From the human T2T-CHM13v2.0 reference genome, Homo sapiens, in NCBI RefSeq assembly GCF_009914755.1, contig NC_060929.1: a DNA stretch of 64,000 nt; one strand, written 5' to 3'. A model generated the notes under the pieces. It had not been told where the DNA came from and ran no database searches. It saw only the letters and a program-made list of their open reading frames with translations. Position 1 is the first letter of the stretch. Each line of letters begins with the position of its first letter. Of the stretch, positions 43,121-60,899 are shown piece by piece. A program made the position numbers and the translations under genes.

Positions 43121-44499
43121 GTGAAATTTTTACCATACCAACATATATGCCAGATATCTTAGTTTGGAAAGAGAAAAGCAATTGATATTAGTTTCAATTG
43201 TTCTTTCTATACTCCTAATTTCTCAAACTCTTTCTGGTATAGGTATATCTTAAGCATTTCTTACACTTAGCTACTTTAAAATAGGACATCTGTTACTTTC
43301 TATCTCCATGAAATAATTAACCAAACCTTTACCATAACTTAATGATCTTAAGGATCTAAGATTCCTTACTTTCTTGCTGAGAAGTAGGCTCCTTTAATAA
43401 CTATCCTAAGAAAGAGTTGGAAATGGAAAAGTCAGTCAAGGCTGTTATTTGTATCATATTCACATTCCTTTTACTTAATGTAGCTGAATTGATTTGTAGG
43501 TAGCAAATACTACCTAAGGTGTAACTGATTTAATTTACCCAAAGTTCCCTATACTTACAATAAAATTCAAGTCCTAGTTTTTTCTTGAGTGCCATAGGAG
43601 GATATTACGGATATGCAATCTTATTCAGAACTGTGACCCAATAAGGTTTGGTTTGGTTTTGTAATCATTATAACTTACATCATAGAGGGATATTTTATAT
43701 TGATATATCCTCTAAAATTCTTATTGGTGGATTACAGATTTTTGTCTTTTAACATGTATAAAATGCTCTAATAGGATAAGCTGCATTATTCTGCAGCTAT
43801 AATTATAGTCACAACTCAGTAAAATTCATGAGTCCAAGGCAAAAAGGTTGTAAATCACCTCCTCTGAAATCATAATTTGTGGCTTGTAAATTTTCATTAA
43901 CAATGTCATCAATATAATTTATTTTTAATATTGAAGAATAAACCCTGTCGATCCAGGGTTGTTTTTATTCCATAGGAGTTTATGGAAAACTTTTTTAATG
44001 CGTGGACTTCTGCACATTATTAAAATTTAATAAGGAGAACAAATACAATCATCAATTTATAAAAACCACTCTAATCAACTGAAGTTTATTTTGTTTCCCA
44101 AGCTTTTTTTATTCCTAGTAATTTTTTAAGTCCTTTAACACTGAAGAGAATAAGGAAGAAAAAATTGCCATTTCGTTCATATTTAAACTCCTGAAAAAGT
44201 CAAGTTTGGTGAATTTCGTGAGGGTCTTACATTCAACATATTTCTGTAATATCTTAAGTTTAGAGGACATTTTTGTAAAAGTTATAACTCATCAGGAAAA
44301 TTCCCAGTTGTGTTCTCTAATTAATTATATAAGAAATTGCATATTTGAAACTAAGATAAAAAATGTATAATAACAATAAGTTCAATAAAATCGCTAGTAA
44401 TTGATATTATGTTCAGCCACTTTGTTGCTTTGAAATAAATGCCCAGAATTGCTCATCGTGGCTTGTGTTCTCTGTGTAGAACACTGTGTGTCCTGTGTT

Positions 44500-44827
44500 A
44501 CGTCAAGGAAAATTTTCACCAAATGGAATTAAACAGGCAAGGATAATTTTATTTTAAGACTATTGCAATAGAGGAGAGAAAATAAATTTAGCTCTGTATA
44601 TAGAAGAGGTAATAGGATGATTTATAGCCAAATGTCAGTGTAAAAGAGTAAACAGATTAAAAAATTACTAAATGAAACTTAGGTATCAAAGGAGGGGGAT
44701 CCTCACCAAATTGGTTTGGCAGTATTCTTTCTGAACTGGACTAAGCAAATCAAGTATTGCAGGCCAAGGACAAGGCCTAGTCAAGAAAATAGTTCAGAAG
44801 GGCATGACTAAAATTTGGTCCTTGTTA
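44500..44827 (-). mobile_element. ERV1-type LTR (MER31/MER67-like)
   Basis: Minus strand gaccaaattttagtcatgcccttctgaactattttcttgactaggccttgtccttggcc...ttgcaatagtcttaaaataaa. Confidence 0.6.
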
Positions 44828-44949
44828 ATTGATTTCTTTTCCCATTTGGGATCAGAATATCTAAAGGGTAGCTGGTAGATTGGGCTTTCCTTTTTACTAG
44901 CTTATATGATTATGTGCATGTCACTAATTTCTAAAAGCTTCACTTTCTT

Positions 44950-45812
44950 TTTTTTAACTTTTATTTTAAGTACAGGGGTGCATGTGCAGATTTGTTACAC
45001 AGGAAAATTTTTGTCGTAGGGGTTTGCTGTACAGATTATTTCCTCAGCCAGGTATTAAGCCTAGTACCCACTTGTTATTTTTCCTGATCCTCTCCCATCT
45101 CCCACCCTCCACCCTCCAATATGCCCTAGTGTGTGTTGTTTCCCTCTATGTGTCCATGTCTTCTCTTCATTTAGCTCCCACTTATACATGAGAACATGTG
45201 GTATTTGCTTTTCTGTTCCTGCATTATCTTGCTAAGGATAATGGCCTCCAGCTCCATCCATGTCCATGCAAAGGATATGATCTAGTTCTTTTTTATGGCT
45301 GCATAGTATTCCATGGTGTATATGTACATTTTTTTTATCCAGTCTATCAATGATGGGCATTTAGGTTAATTCCATGTCTTTACTATTGTAAAAAGTGCTA
45401 CAATGAATGTTCACATGCATGTATCTTTATGGTAAAAGAAATTTATATTCCTTTGGGTATATACCCAGTAATGAGATTGCTGAGTTTAATGGTATTTCTG
45501 TCTCCAGGTCTTTGAGGAATCACCACACTGTCTTCTACAAAGGTTGATCAAATTTACACTCTTGCCAACAGTGGATAAGCATTCCTTTTTATTCACAACA
45601 TCACCAGCATCTGTTATTTTTTGAATTTTTAATAACAGGTATTCTGACTGGTGTGAGATGGTATCTCACTATAGTTTTGATTTGCATTTCCTAATAATCA
45701 GTGCAGTAGAGCTTTTTTATACAATTATTGGCTGCATGAGTGTTTTCTTTTGAAAGTGTCAATTTACAAGAAAAAAACAAAAAACTCCATTAAAAAGTAG
45801 GCGAAAGACCTG
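44950..45812 (-). mobile_element. L1PA (about PA10-13) 3' fragment with a 52-bp 5' inversion (45761-45812 on +), inserted in a MIR
   Basis: Poly(T) and antisense 3' UTR/ORF2 to 45760, then sense aatttacaagaaaaaaac...gcgaaagacctg; perfect 14-bp TSD agcttcactttctt (44936-44949, 45813-45826). Confidence 0.93.
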
Positions 45813-46519
45813 AGCTTCACTTTCTTGATCTAGAAAATAGGAATAATAACACCCCGAAAGACTAAAATATTTTAACTATGTGAAAACACTTTAAAGTTTT
45901 ATAAAGTTCTTTAAAATCAAAGTGCTGCTATCTGATCAGTTCAAGCTATTTTAGTAATGCTTATTTACTGTTTTATCCTTTTCAGAAAACAGACGCATAT
46001 AAAAGGTGGTTTCAATGTCTTAAAATATAGACAGGCCTTGACAATTTGAGGGCTTCTGAAACAGAAAATGGGATATGAACTTATAGTGTTTCAGGAGCAT
46101 CTTTTTGGCATTTATGACAAACGAATGTATTTGTGAATTCCAAAACAACAAAGAAGAAATGGTGAGATGAAATTCTAAAAACCATTAAAATCATATTATT
46201 GAAACAATGTTTTTTGAAAAATACTTAAAATAATAGCATAAAGGGAAACCAGTGTCCTAAAAATAGGTCCTGTGAATTCACTAAGAGAAATTTATTCAAA
46301 ATATCCTCATTTTATTTTACTGTTTTTTAGACACAATTAGGATGTTTACCTGTAAGTTAATTAAAAGCCAACAATGTGTGTGTTATGTACATGTATGAAA
46401 TGTATGTGTGAAACTGTCCTTAAGTGAGGCAGAACAAACATAAATAAGACCAAAGTCTAATGTAAAGGGCACATGTTTCTAGAGCACCTGCCCCATTATT
46501 AACTCTGCTTCGCCAGAGG

Positions 46520-46926
46520 GGCCGCCTTCGTATTTATTGAATATGATTCATACACCTCCACTTGCCAGTCTTTGCATTGGCTGTTCCTTCTGTTTGGAAT
46601 GATCTTTACTCACATACCCAAATGGCACACTTCCTTACCTCTGACAGTCTTTATTGCTTTTATAGGGAGACACTCTGCCTCTCCCTATCAAATCCTTTCT
46701 CAATCTTCTTAACACTGTTCCATTTTCCATCACATATATATCACTTTCTAACATTTTATATGTTACATTTTAATTTTGTTTTTTTTCCTCCAACTAGAAT
46801 ATAAATTATATTAGAGAAGAAATGTTTGTCCATTTCATTCTTAGATTTGTCCCCAGAATGTGTGCATTACCTAAGACATAGTAAGGGCTCAATAAATATT
46901 TTTGGATTAATGAATAAATGAATAAA
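46520..46926 (+). mobile_element. L2 (L2a-like) 3' end
   Basis: ctttgcattggctgttccttctgtttggaatg...catagtaagggctcaataaatatttttggattaatgaataaatgaataaa. Confidence 0.8.
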
Positions 46927-49900
46927 TTACAGAGCCCTTTCTATGCCATGGATTAAGGTAATACTCCTTCCCTCTCTTTTCTTATTTTCTTATGGTAAGA
47001 CACAATATACCGAAGAGACAGCTTCTCTTTCCTTGACCGCTACTAAGTCCCTCTCAGGTTACAATAAAAGTTTATGAGATGCAAGATATTTGCAATTAGT
47101 GGAAACACAGAAGAACAAATAGCTAAATCAACCTGGTTTGATTGATTTGAGTGTGTTTGAAATACTTGATATCATATACTACAGTGCCTTTTGTGTGATC
47201 CCCATGAAAGCTGTTAAATATTTTTAGCTAATGTCCCGTATATAGGTAGAGACTCATTTAAAAGTTCTCATGTTATATTTTGTCCTGAATATCAGTTATT
47301 TTTACAAAAATTGGGTGTTTTCATTTGGTATAAAGTAAAACTTATACTTTTCTTCTTTTACTTTATATATTAAGCAACCTAAAGTTATGCCCAATATCCA
47401 ATTACTGTTAACCTGATAGTCTTCTCCCTCTGACTGCTTTAAATTGAAAGTCATTATATATCAATAATTGTCTCATTTTCCATTAGTTTTAAACCTATAA
47501 GTTACCTAAAATATTTCATGAACTATGTAGATATTATTCCCTAATTGGTTTCTTAATCCACCTACCCCGGTATCCTTTAAGGAAAAATGAAAATCTTTTT
47601 GAGCCAGAGTATTGTTCTCCACTGAATATCACACATAATAATGATATTTAATGGAAGAATGAAGTGCAGGAGTCATCTCTTTGAATTGAGGATGGGAAAA
47701 CTATGAGTTAAGATAGTGCTTAACTTAAATAAATCATTTTTCTTTAAAGTCTGATTCTCTTAAAGACTGAAGCAAAAGCAAGCCCAGTTAAAATAGTTTT
47801 ATTTCCTCCAGCAGAGCTATTTCTCAGACTATTGTAAGGTTTATAAAAACTATTCATTAGAGGTAATGTAGTTTATTAAAGCAACTCTTTTCTCCTCTCT
47901 ATTTCTTTACTTGATATACATTATTACGGAATTATGTTTCAGATTATGGAAAATTTTTGAAAAATATTTACTTTTTTTAGGGAGTAAGTTTTACCTTCTA
48001 TATCAACATAGCAATCACTCATGAGTGGATCTGAAACATTTATTGATGGTTGGTGTGAGATATACATCTTTGCTAATGGAGGCAATTAATCTATTACCAC
48101 AGATGGGTTCTCAGTAAGTATCTTTCCTGCACAGACAGGACCTTCTTCTTTCTTGCCACATTTAAAACTTCATGACCTCATTTTTCAACCAAGGATGGTC
48201 ATTTTTTAGCCACTTACTGCTTTAAGAACCATTCTATCATCCACCCTCTCTATTAGGATTTATGCATGTCTTCTGGCCGCACAGAGGTCTGTCACACAAA
48301 CTGAAAAGCTGTAGATGCTACTCATCAAATGGATGACAGCTTTGACTCTAGATCAACATGTAAGAGGAGGTGAATAAACAACCTGATTCTTTACCCTTAT
48401 GAACATCATCAGGCCGAGGAAAAATGCCTTTACTTGCTTTGTGCATGTGAGCTTTCTAATTAAAGCTCACATGGGACTAAGTGAAATCAGAGTTATTTTT
48501 TGAAGGAAAAAAACAAAATGTGTTGTGGCACACTGAATGTGTGTGCTCCATAAGTGAAGCATGCTCAAATTGTACTACATGCCTATTTACATCTTATGTG
48601 TGAGGTTTGTCATATCATTAATGAACCTAAAAATTCTTAGCATTTTAATGAATACTAACAACTAACAAGCATTGAAAATAAATAAAATGAAGGTGTTCTA
48701 AAAACATTGTGGTTTAATTCTAAAAAAACTAATAAATGAAGAGCTATTTTTAAGAAATCTCACATCTTCAGTTTTTTTACTGAAAATTACTTCTCCTCTT
48801 GAAACTTTAGCATTATCAGTAAATTGATACATTTATTATCTTTCATATATAAAAAGGAAATCAAGATGAAATCACTACCAGTACTAAGAAATGCCACATA
48901 TTTAACTTTTTCCATTCTCATTATCAGCCCTTGTCTTTCATTCCAATTCCCTCAGTCCTTAGACCCACATTTTTTTTTTTTTTTTTTTGAAATTTGAGGG
49001 TATCTGTTAAAAGGAAGTTGTGAACTGGCATTTCAGATTGTGTAGAGGATTCAAAACAACACTTACCACAGCATTGGATAAGTATTTAATAAATGGGAGT
49101 TACTACTATTAAGAAGATTTGTATTGATAATGCTGTCAAATAATAATTGGCCACTGTACTATTTTATTTTAAATTTTCTCTTTTAATTTGCTAAATGCAG
49201 TGGTTTGGGTATTAATTCTGTGTCTGTTACTTCCAGATGTTTTCACATTTAATCAAGCTCACTTCAGCCTCTAACTTTTCAGTCAATCAAATTCTAATTA
49301 TTGGAGATGGCACTCTCCTCCTCTGTAAATATTCCAGCACCGTTTATTTATTAAGTTATCAAATTGTTATGTATTGCCCATTTAATGTTCAGTTCTGTAT
49401 TGTGTCCTTGGACTTCACTAATATAACAGACACAGTTGTGTTTCTCAGAATTCTATTGTAGAAGAATGTAATGCACTACAGTCAATGCCACCACAGAGAC
49501 GAGAAAGGGATAAAGAGTGGAGGGAAGCGCATACAAGGGCACCCCACCCAACTTTGGATATGAGAGCCAAGAGGTAATTAGCTTATAAAAGGCAAAGCAA
49601 GTAGAAAAGGCCATCTCAAAGAGTATGTAAGGCATAGGCAAATGCCTGGAGCAGGAAAGATTAATAATAATGTGGAAGTCTTTCTTCAGATATATTTTCA
49701 TTTACATGGAGCAACTGCACACAGTAATTTTGGTGAGGGTTCACAGTCAGAGGTTATGATCACCATAGGACACTAAAAGACAAATAAGAAGGATAATAGT
49801 ATCTAAAGATTGATACTTTCAATAAAGCAAAAAGTTTTCCTTTCTCTTTTAGGTGTAAAAACACAATAAAACAGAATATAAAGATTGACTAAGAAATTAA

Positions 49901-50379
49901 CTAAAATGTCGCCTGTTATTTTATTTACTGAAAAGCAAGAGGATGTGGCGTATGTATTCAGAATTATAGTTAAATCCTCTGCATGAGCTTTGGCATTAAT
50001 ATTTCCATAACACTACATAAACAAATATCTTACATTTCTATATTGTTTTCATTATCATGATATTGTCTTCTTTAGCACAAAAAAGAAAACTAGAGCAATG
50101 GGTAATTATATACATATATATATATTATCTTTCAGGACTACTGAAAACCCTGCATGCTCCAAGAGTTACTTTTGAAATCACACAATTTCTTAACCTGAGC
50201 CACAGCATTAACCTCCAGTGCTTACATAAGCCATAAGTAAAGGTGGGTAAGGAAACAGAATTGAAACAGCAAGAAAAAAAACGAATTGAGGCTGGAAAGA
50301 TCATGGCTTATATGAAGAAGAGAAATAATGCCAGAATATATGAAGTATAGCAAATGGTGTAATACAAAAGGAGGCTGCA

Positions 50380-51027
50380 GGGGGAGAGTAGATCAAAATA
50401 CTGTAAAATTTCATCAGTAAGCAAAAGAGTTAGCATGTTTTTCTATTAAAAATGGAAAGCCATTGAACAATTTGTTCATGATTTAACTTATTTTTAAAAA
50501 TGATCAAGACCACTATTCCTGCTGAATAGGAGAGGTCAAAGGTGGAGGCATAGAGAGCATTTAGAAGGTGAATCTTAGACTATTTGCCATTTTTTAAATT
50601 ATGTATTTTTCTTTTCAATAATAAAATGGGCTGTGATAGAGGGGTGGGAAGAATATAGGAGGCAGGGGTACCTGTCAAGAGTCTGCTCCATTAATCCAAG
50701 TGAGAGGTAATGGTAACTGAAACAATGACAATGGAGATATTATAAAGAAATGAGTGAGTATAGGAGTTACTAAAGTGAAGGAACAGGGAAATGTTATCAC
50801 TGATTAGGAGATAGAGGTGAAGAAAAAAAAAAGAACTTGACCTTCAAGTTCTAGCTTAGACAACCAAGTAAATGTCAGAGCCATTCAGCATGAACTGTGC
50901 ATAAAAAATGAAAAGGAAGTTTTGTTGAAAAAATGTATATGCGTGTAATACATTGTATAATCAGACACATATGTCCAGTAAACAGTTGGATAAATGGATC
51001 TGAAGCTGAGGAGACAAATTTGAGATG

Positions 51028-51028
<1 letters not shown>
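50380..51028 (-). mobile_element. L2 remnant
   Basis: aatggaaagccattga...aatccaagtgagaggtaatgg...tctagcttagacaacc...atgtccagtaaacagttggataaatggatctgaagctgaggag. Confidence 0.65.

Positions 51029-51070
<42 letters not shown>
51029..51070 (+). repeat. Perfect (AC)21 microsatellite
   Basis: Directly visible. Confidence 0.97.
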
Positions 51071-51073
<3 letters not shown>

Positions 51074-52286
51074 GCTAACCAGAGCACATCCTGACCATAG
51101 CACTGGGGGAAGGTGATCATTTAAATATACCACCAAAGTGTTTATCCTTACTGATGCACATTAGCTGAATGTTTATTATGTTAATAATATCAGCATAAAA
51201 TGGCAGTCAAAGCCATGGATGTGGTGAAGAACTACTGGCATCAAATAAGAAATTACCATTATGCTGAGCACCAGTCTTTTATGGTACGCCAGAGAATCTC
51301 TACCTATTTTCTTTATCATTAGCTAATGCGCTAATGAGAAAAATTATACAGAAAGTTTCAGCCCAATCCAGTCATTAGAATGGGCAAGGTTCACAGTTTC
51401 ACTACAGCAAAGCTTCAAAGGACACCATACAAGTGACAGGAATGAATTGATGTCATGAGCGTTCAGCTAGCCTTACAATAACAGCCTTGCAGTGAAAGCT
51501 TTCAGCCAACATCTGCTGCTCTTGACAGCTCAATCTTTCTAACAGAGGCTGTGCCAGCATTGAGATTTCTACTTCTAAATTTGTTTTTGCTGATTCAAGT
51601 TTTGTGAATTTTTTAAACATTTATATTTGTATTTTTACTTTGTTATCTGAGATCAAACTGTAAATTGTGATATGGCTTGCAATTTGAGTAAAAATTTGCA
51701 TCCATAATTGTATTTGAATTTTTGAACAACCCTTGAAGTACCCAAGGTATCCTTACAATCATTATATAATGAAACAGCTCTTAGATGTTGGCACAGGCAT
51801 CTTATTGCATCCAGTGAAGCTTTAAAAAGTGAAGAAAAAAATGTAAGATCAAGGAAACTAACAAATTATAAATTTCTAAGTGTAATCAAGGACTTGACAA
51901 TGAGAAAAGCAATCATATTCATATATTATAGCTAAAATTGAATTAGTTTGGGATATGTTGCCATCTGATGATTGTTGAATAACTGCCTTAGTAAACTTGT
52001 TTGGATTATGTGAGCAAAATTTAAGAACAGGAACAGAATTCTGTGTGACCTGATTATATAAAACAGACTTACAGAAACACAAATAAAGGACTGATATGGA
52101 ATATTAATACGACGGCATAATTTTTCTTACATAAAAACAAAAAATATATTAACTCTGTGAATGTAACATTCTTGAAATAATGTTAACTGAAAAAAACTAT
52201 AAACTAAAATGACATGTAAAGTAGAAACAATTAAGTACAATTTGTGGCAGTTAATAACAATTGTATTCTTCCTTTATAATCCTTGC

Positions 52287-52455
52287 TTTTTTTTTTTTTT
52301 AACAGGTTATCATTTGTCATCCAGGCTGAAGTGCAGTGGCGCAATTACAGCTCTCTGCAGGTGATCTTACAGGCACATCTCATCTGTGTATTTTTTGTAG
52401 AGGAGGGGTTTTTCCATGTTGCCCAGGCTGGTCTTCAACTCCTGGGTTCAAGCAA
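52287..52455 (-). mobile_element. Degenerate, internally deleted AluJ-like fragment
   Basis: Poly(T), ccaggctgaagtgcagtggcgc, then ccatgttgcccaggctggtcttcaactcctgggttcaagc. Confidence 0.8.
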
Positions 52456-52569
52456 GACTCTACATTACTGTACATTAGCTTTTTACTTCTTTTATTTTAC
52501 CTCTAGCTATATGATTTCTTTCTCTTTTATTTGACTTTATTCTTTTGCTAACTTATTATTTTGCTATGA

Positions 52570-57925
<5,356 letters not shown>

Positions 57926-57960
57926 CTAATTTTCTTTGTTCAATGTATTCTTTTTACAGC

Positions 57961-58188
57961 TTCTTTCTTTTTATTTATTTATTTATTTTGAGATGGAGTC
58001 TCACTCTGTTGCCCAGGCTGGAGTGCAGTGGCACGATCTTGGCTTACTGCAGCCCCGCCTTCTGGGTTCAAGCTATTCTTCTGCCTCAGCCTCCTGGGTA
58101 GCTGGGAGTACAGGCGCATGCCACCCACACCCAGATAATTTTTGTATTTTTAGTAAAGATGGGATTTCACCATATTGGCCAGGCTGGT
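57961..58188 (-). mobile_element. Alu (S/J), 5'-truncated
   Basis: (TTTA)n tail, right arm and part of left arm ending ggccaggctgg. Confidence 0.92.
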
Positions 58189-58189
58189 T

Positions 58190-58945
<756 letters not shown>

Positions 58946-59042
58946 TTTGCCCAATACCAATATAAAAACAGGCAAGTTTCCTGTTCTTTTTTTCATTCTT
59001 AACTCAGGGCCAATACCTAGCTTATATACTCACCTCCCATAC

Positions 59043-60263
59043 TGATATGATTTGCATTTGTGTCCCCGCCCAAATCTCATATTGAATTTTAATCCCTAAT
59101 GTTGGAGGAGGGGCTTGGTGAGAGGTGACTGAATAATGGGGGCATATGTCCCCCTTACTGTTCTTGTGATAGTGACAGAGTTCTCGTGTGATATGATTAT
59201 TTAAATATGTGTGGCATGTCTCCCTTCACTCTCTTCCTCCTTCTCTGGCAATGTAAGACGCACCTGCTTCCCCTTTGCTCTTTGCCATAATTATAAGTTT
59301 CCTGAAGCCTCCCCAGCTACACTTTTTGTACAGCCTGTGGAAGTATGAGTCAATTAAACCTCTTTTCTTTACAAATTACTCAGTTTCAGGTAGTTCTTTA
59401 TAGCAATGCCAGAGTGGACTAACACAGAAAATTGGTACCAGGAGTGGGGCATTGCTATAAAGATATCTGAAAATGTGGAAGAGACCTTGGAACTGGGTAA
59501 TGAGCAGAGGTGGGAACAGTTTGGATGGCTCAGAAGAAGACAGGAAGATGTGGGAAAGTTTGGAACTTCCTGGAGACTTTCTAAATTGTTGTGACCAAAA
59601 TGCTGATAGTGATATGGACAATAAAGTCTAGGCTGAGGAGGTCTCTGATGGAGATAAGGAACTTATTGGGAGCTGGAGGAAAGTTCACTCTTGCTATGCT
59701 TTAGCAAAGAGACTGGCAACATTGTGCCCCTGCTTTAGGGATCTGTGGAACTTTTTGAACTTGAGAGTGATTATTTAGGGTATATGGTGGAAGAAATTTC
59801 TAAGTAGCAAAGCTTGGGAGACTATTGAGAAGGGATGATTTGTTTTTGCAATGTGAGAATGACACAATATTTGGGAGGGGCTGGGGCAGAAGATACAGTT
59901 TGGCTCTGTGTCCCCACTCAAATCTCATGTAAAATTATAATCCTCAATGTTGGAGGAGGGGCCTGGTGGGAGGTGGGGTCAGATTTTTCCCTTGCTTTTC
60001 TCATGATAGTGAGCGATTTCTCATGAGACCTGGTTGTTTGAAAATGTGTAGCACCTCCCTGCCCCTTCACTCTCTTTCCCCTTCTCTGGCCACGTAAGAT
60101 GTGCCTGCTTCCCTTTTTCTTACACCATGATTGTAAGTTTCCTGAGGCCTCCGCAGCCATTCTTCTTGTACAGCCCTTGACCATGAGTCAATTAAATTCT
60201 TTTCTTTATAAATTGTCTAGTCTCGGGCAGTTCTTTATAGCAGCAGAAGAATGACCTGATATA
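59043..60263 (+). mobile_element. MSTA-like MaLR provirus: 5' LTR (~59043-59425), shortened internal region, 3' LTR (~59891-60263)
   Basis: Two homologous LTRs (tgtgtcccc..ccaaatctcat...taagtttcctga.gcctcc...gttctttatagca); internal region starts gaaaattggtaccagg. Confidence 0.9.
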
Positions 60264-60899
60264 TATGGTTCACTCCATTATGGGTTCCACCAATTTTTTT
60301 CTGTTATGTGGGTTAGCAACATGCTTATGTATTTTTTTTCTGCATTTTAACAAACTTTTTTCATTAATTCAATTAAAAGCATTGAATTGGTATATTGTCT
60401 AAAGTTTAAGGCATTTTTAATCTCCTTTTTTGCAATAAATTCAGTTTTATACCTGGAACATTAAATGATGTGTTATTAATATAGGATTCATAGAGTGTGA
60501 ACAGCCTTCTGAACATGGAAACAAGGAAGGTGATGTGTATTTAGTATTTGAAATTAAAATGAAAATTGCTAAGTTAGGCAACAGTAAGAGGAAGAGTTAT
60601 TTTAATAAGTCCTGGATAATTTTATCAAATAATTTGACTCAACAGTGATTTCAATCCTGACTTGAAGTATTTTACTTATTTACTTATTGTGTATAAGGGA
60701 AATATTCTAAATATATTATTTGTCATTCTCCATTCCTGGTTAGAATTGTTCTTTAAAGCTTATTGCGAACTGACTACTTGGTGACACAAACATGATTTTG
60801 GTATAAATTACATATGAATTTTAGATATAAATAAGAATTTGTATAAAAGAGTTTTTAAAACAGTCACATGAACTTCTGAAAGTCTGGTCTTTCACTGAA

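Noticed and set aside
43940-43970. Hairpin aaccctg-tcgatc-cagggtt followed by a T-run, resembling an intrinsic terminator
   Set aside because: A 7-bp stem is expected by chance in 64 kb, and bacterial terminators are irrelevant in primate DNA
49055-49112. Minus-strand splice donor (acttacc)
   Set aside because: Lies in what looks like a MIR 3' tail, with no matching acceptor or open frame noted
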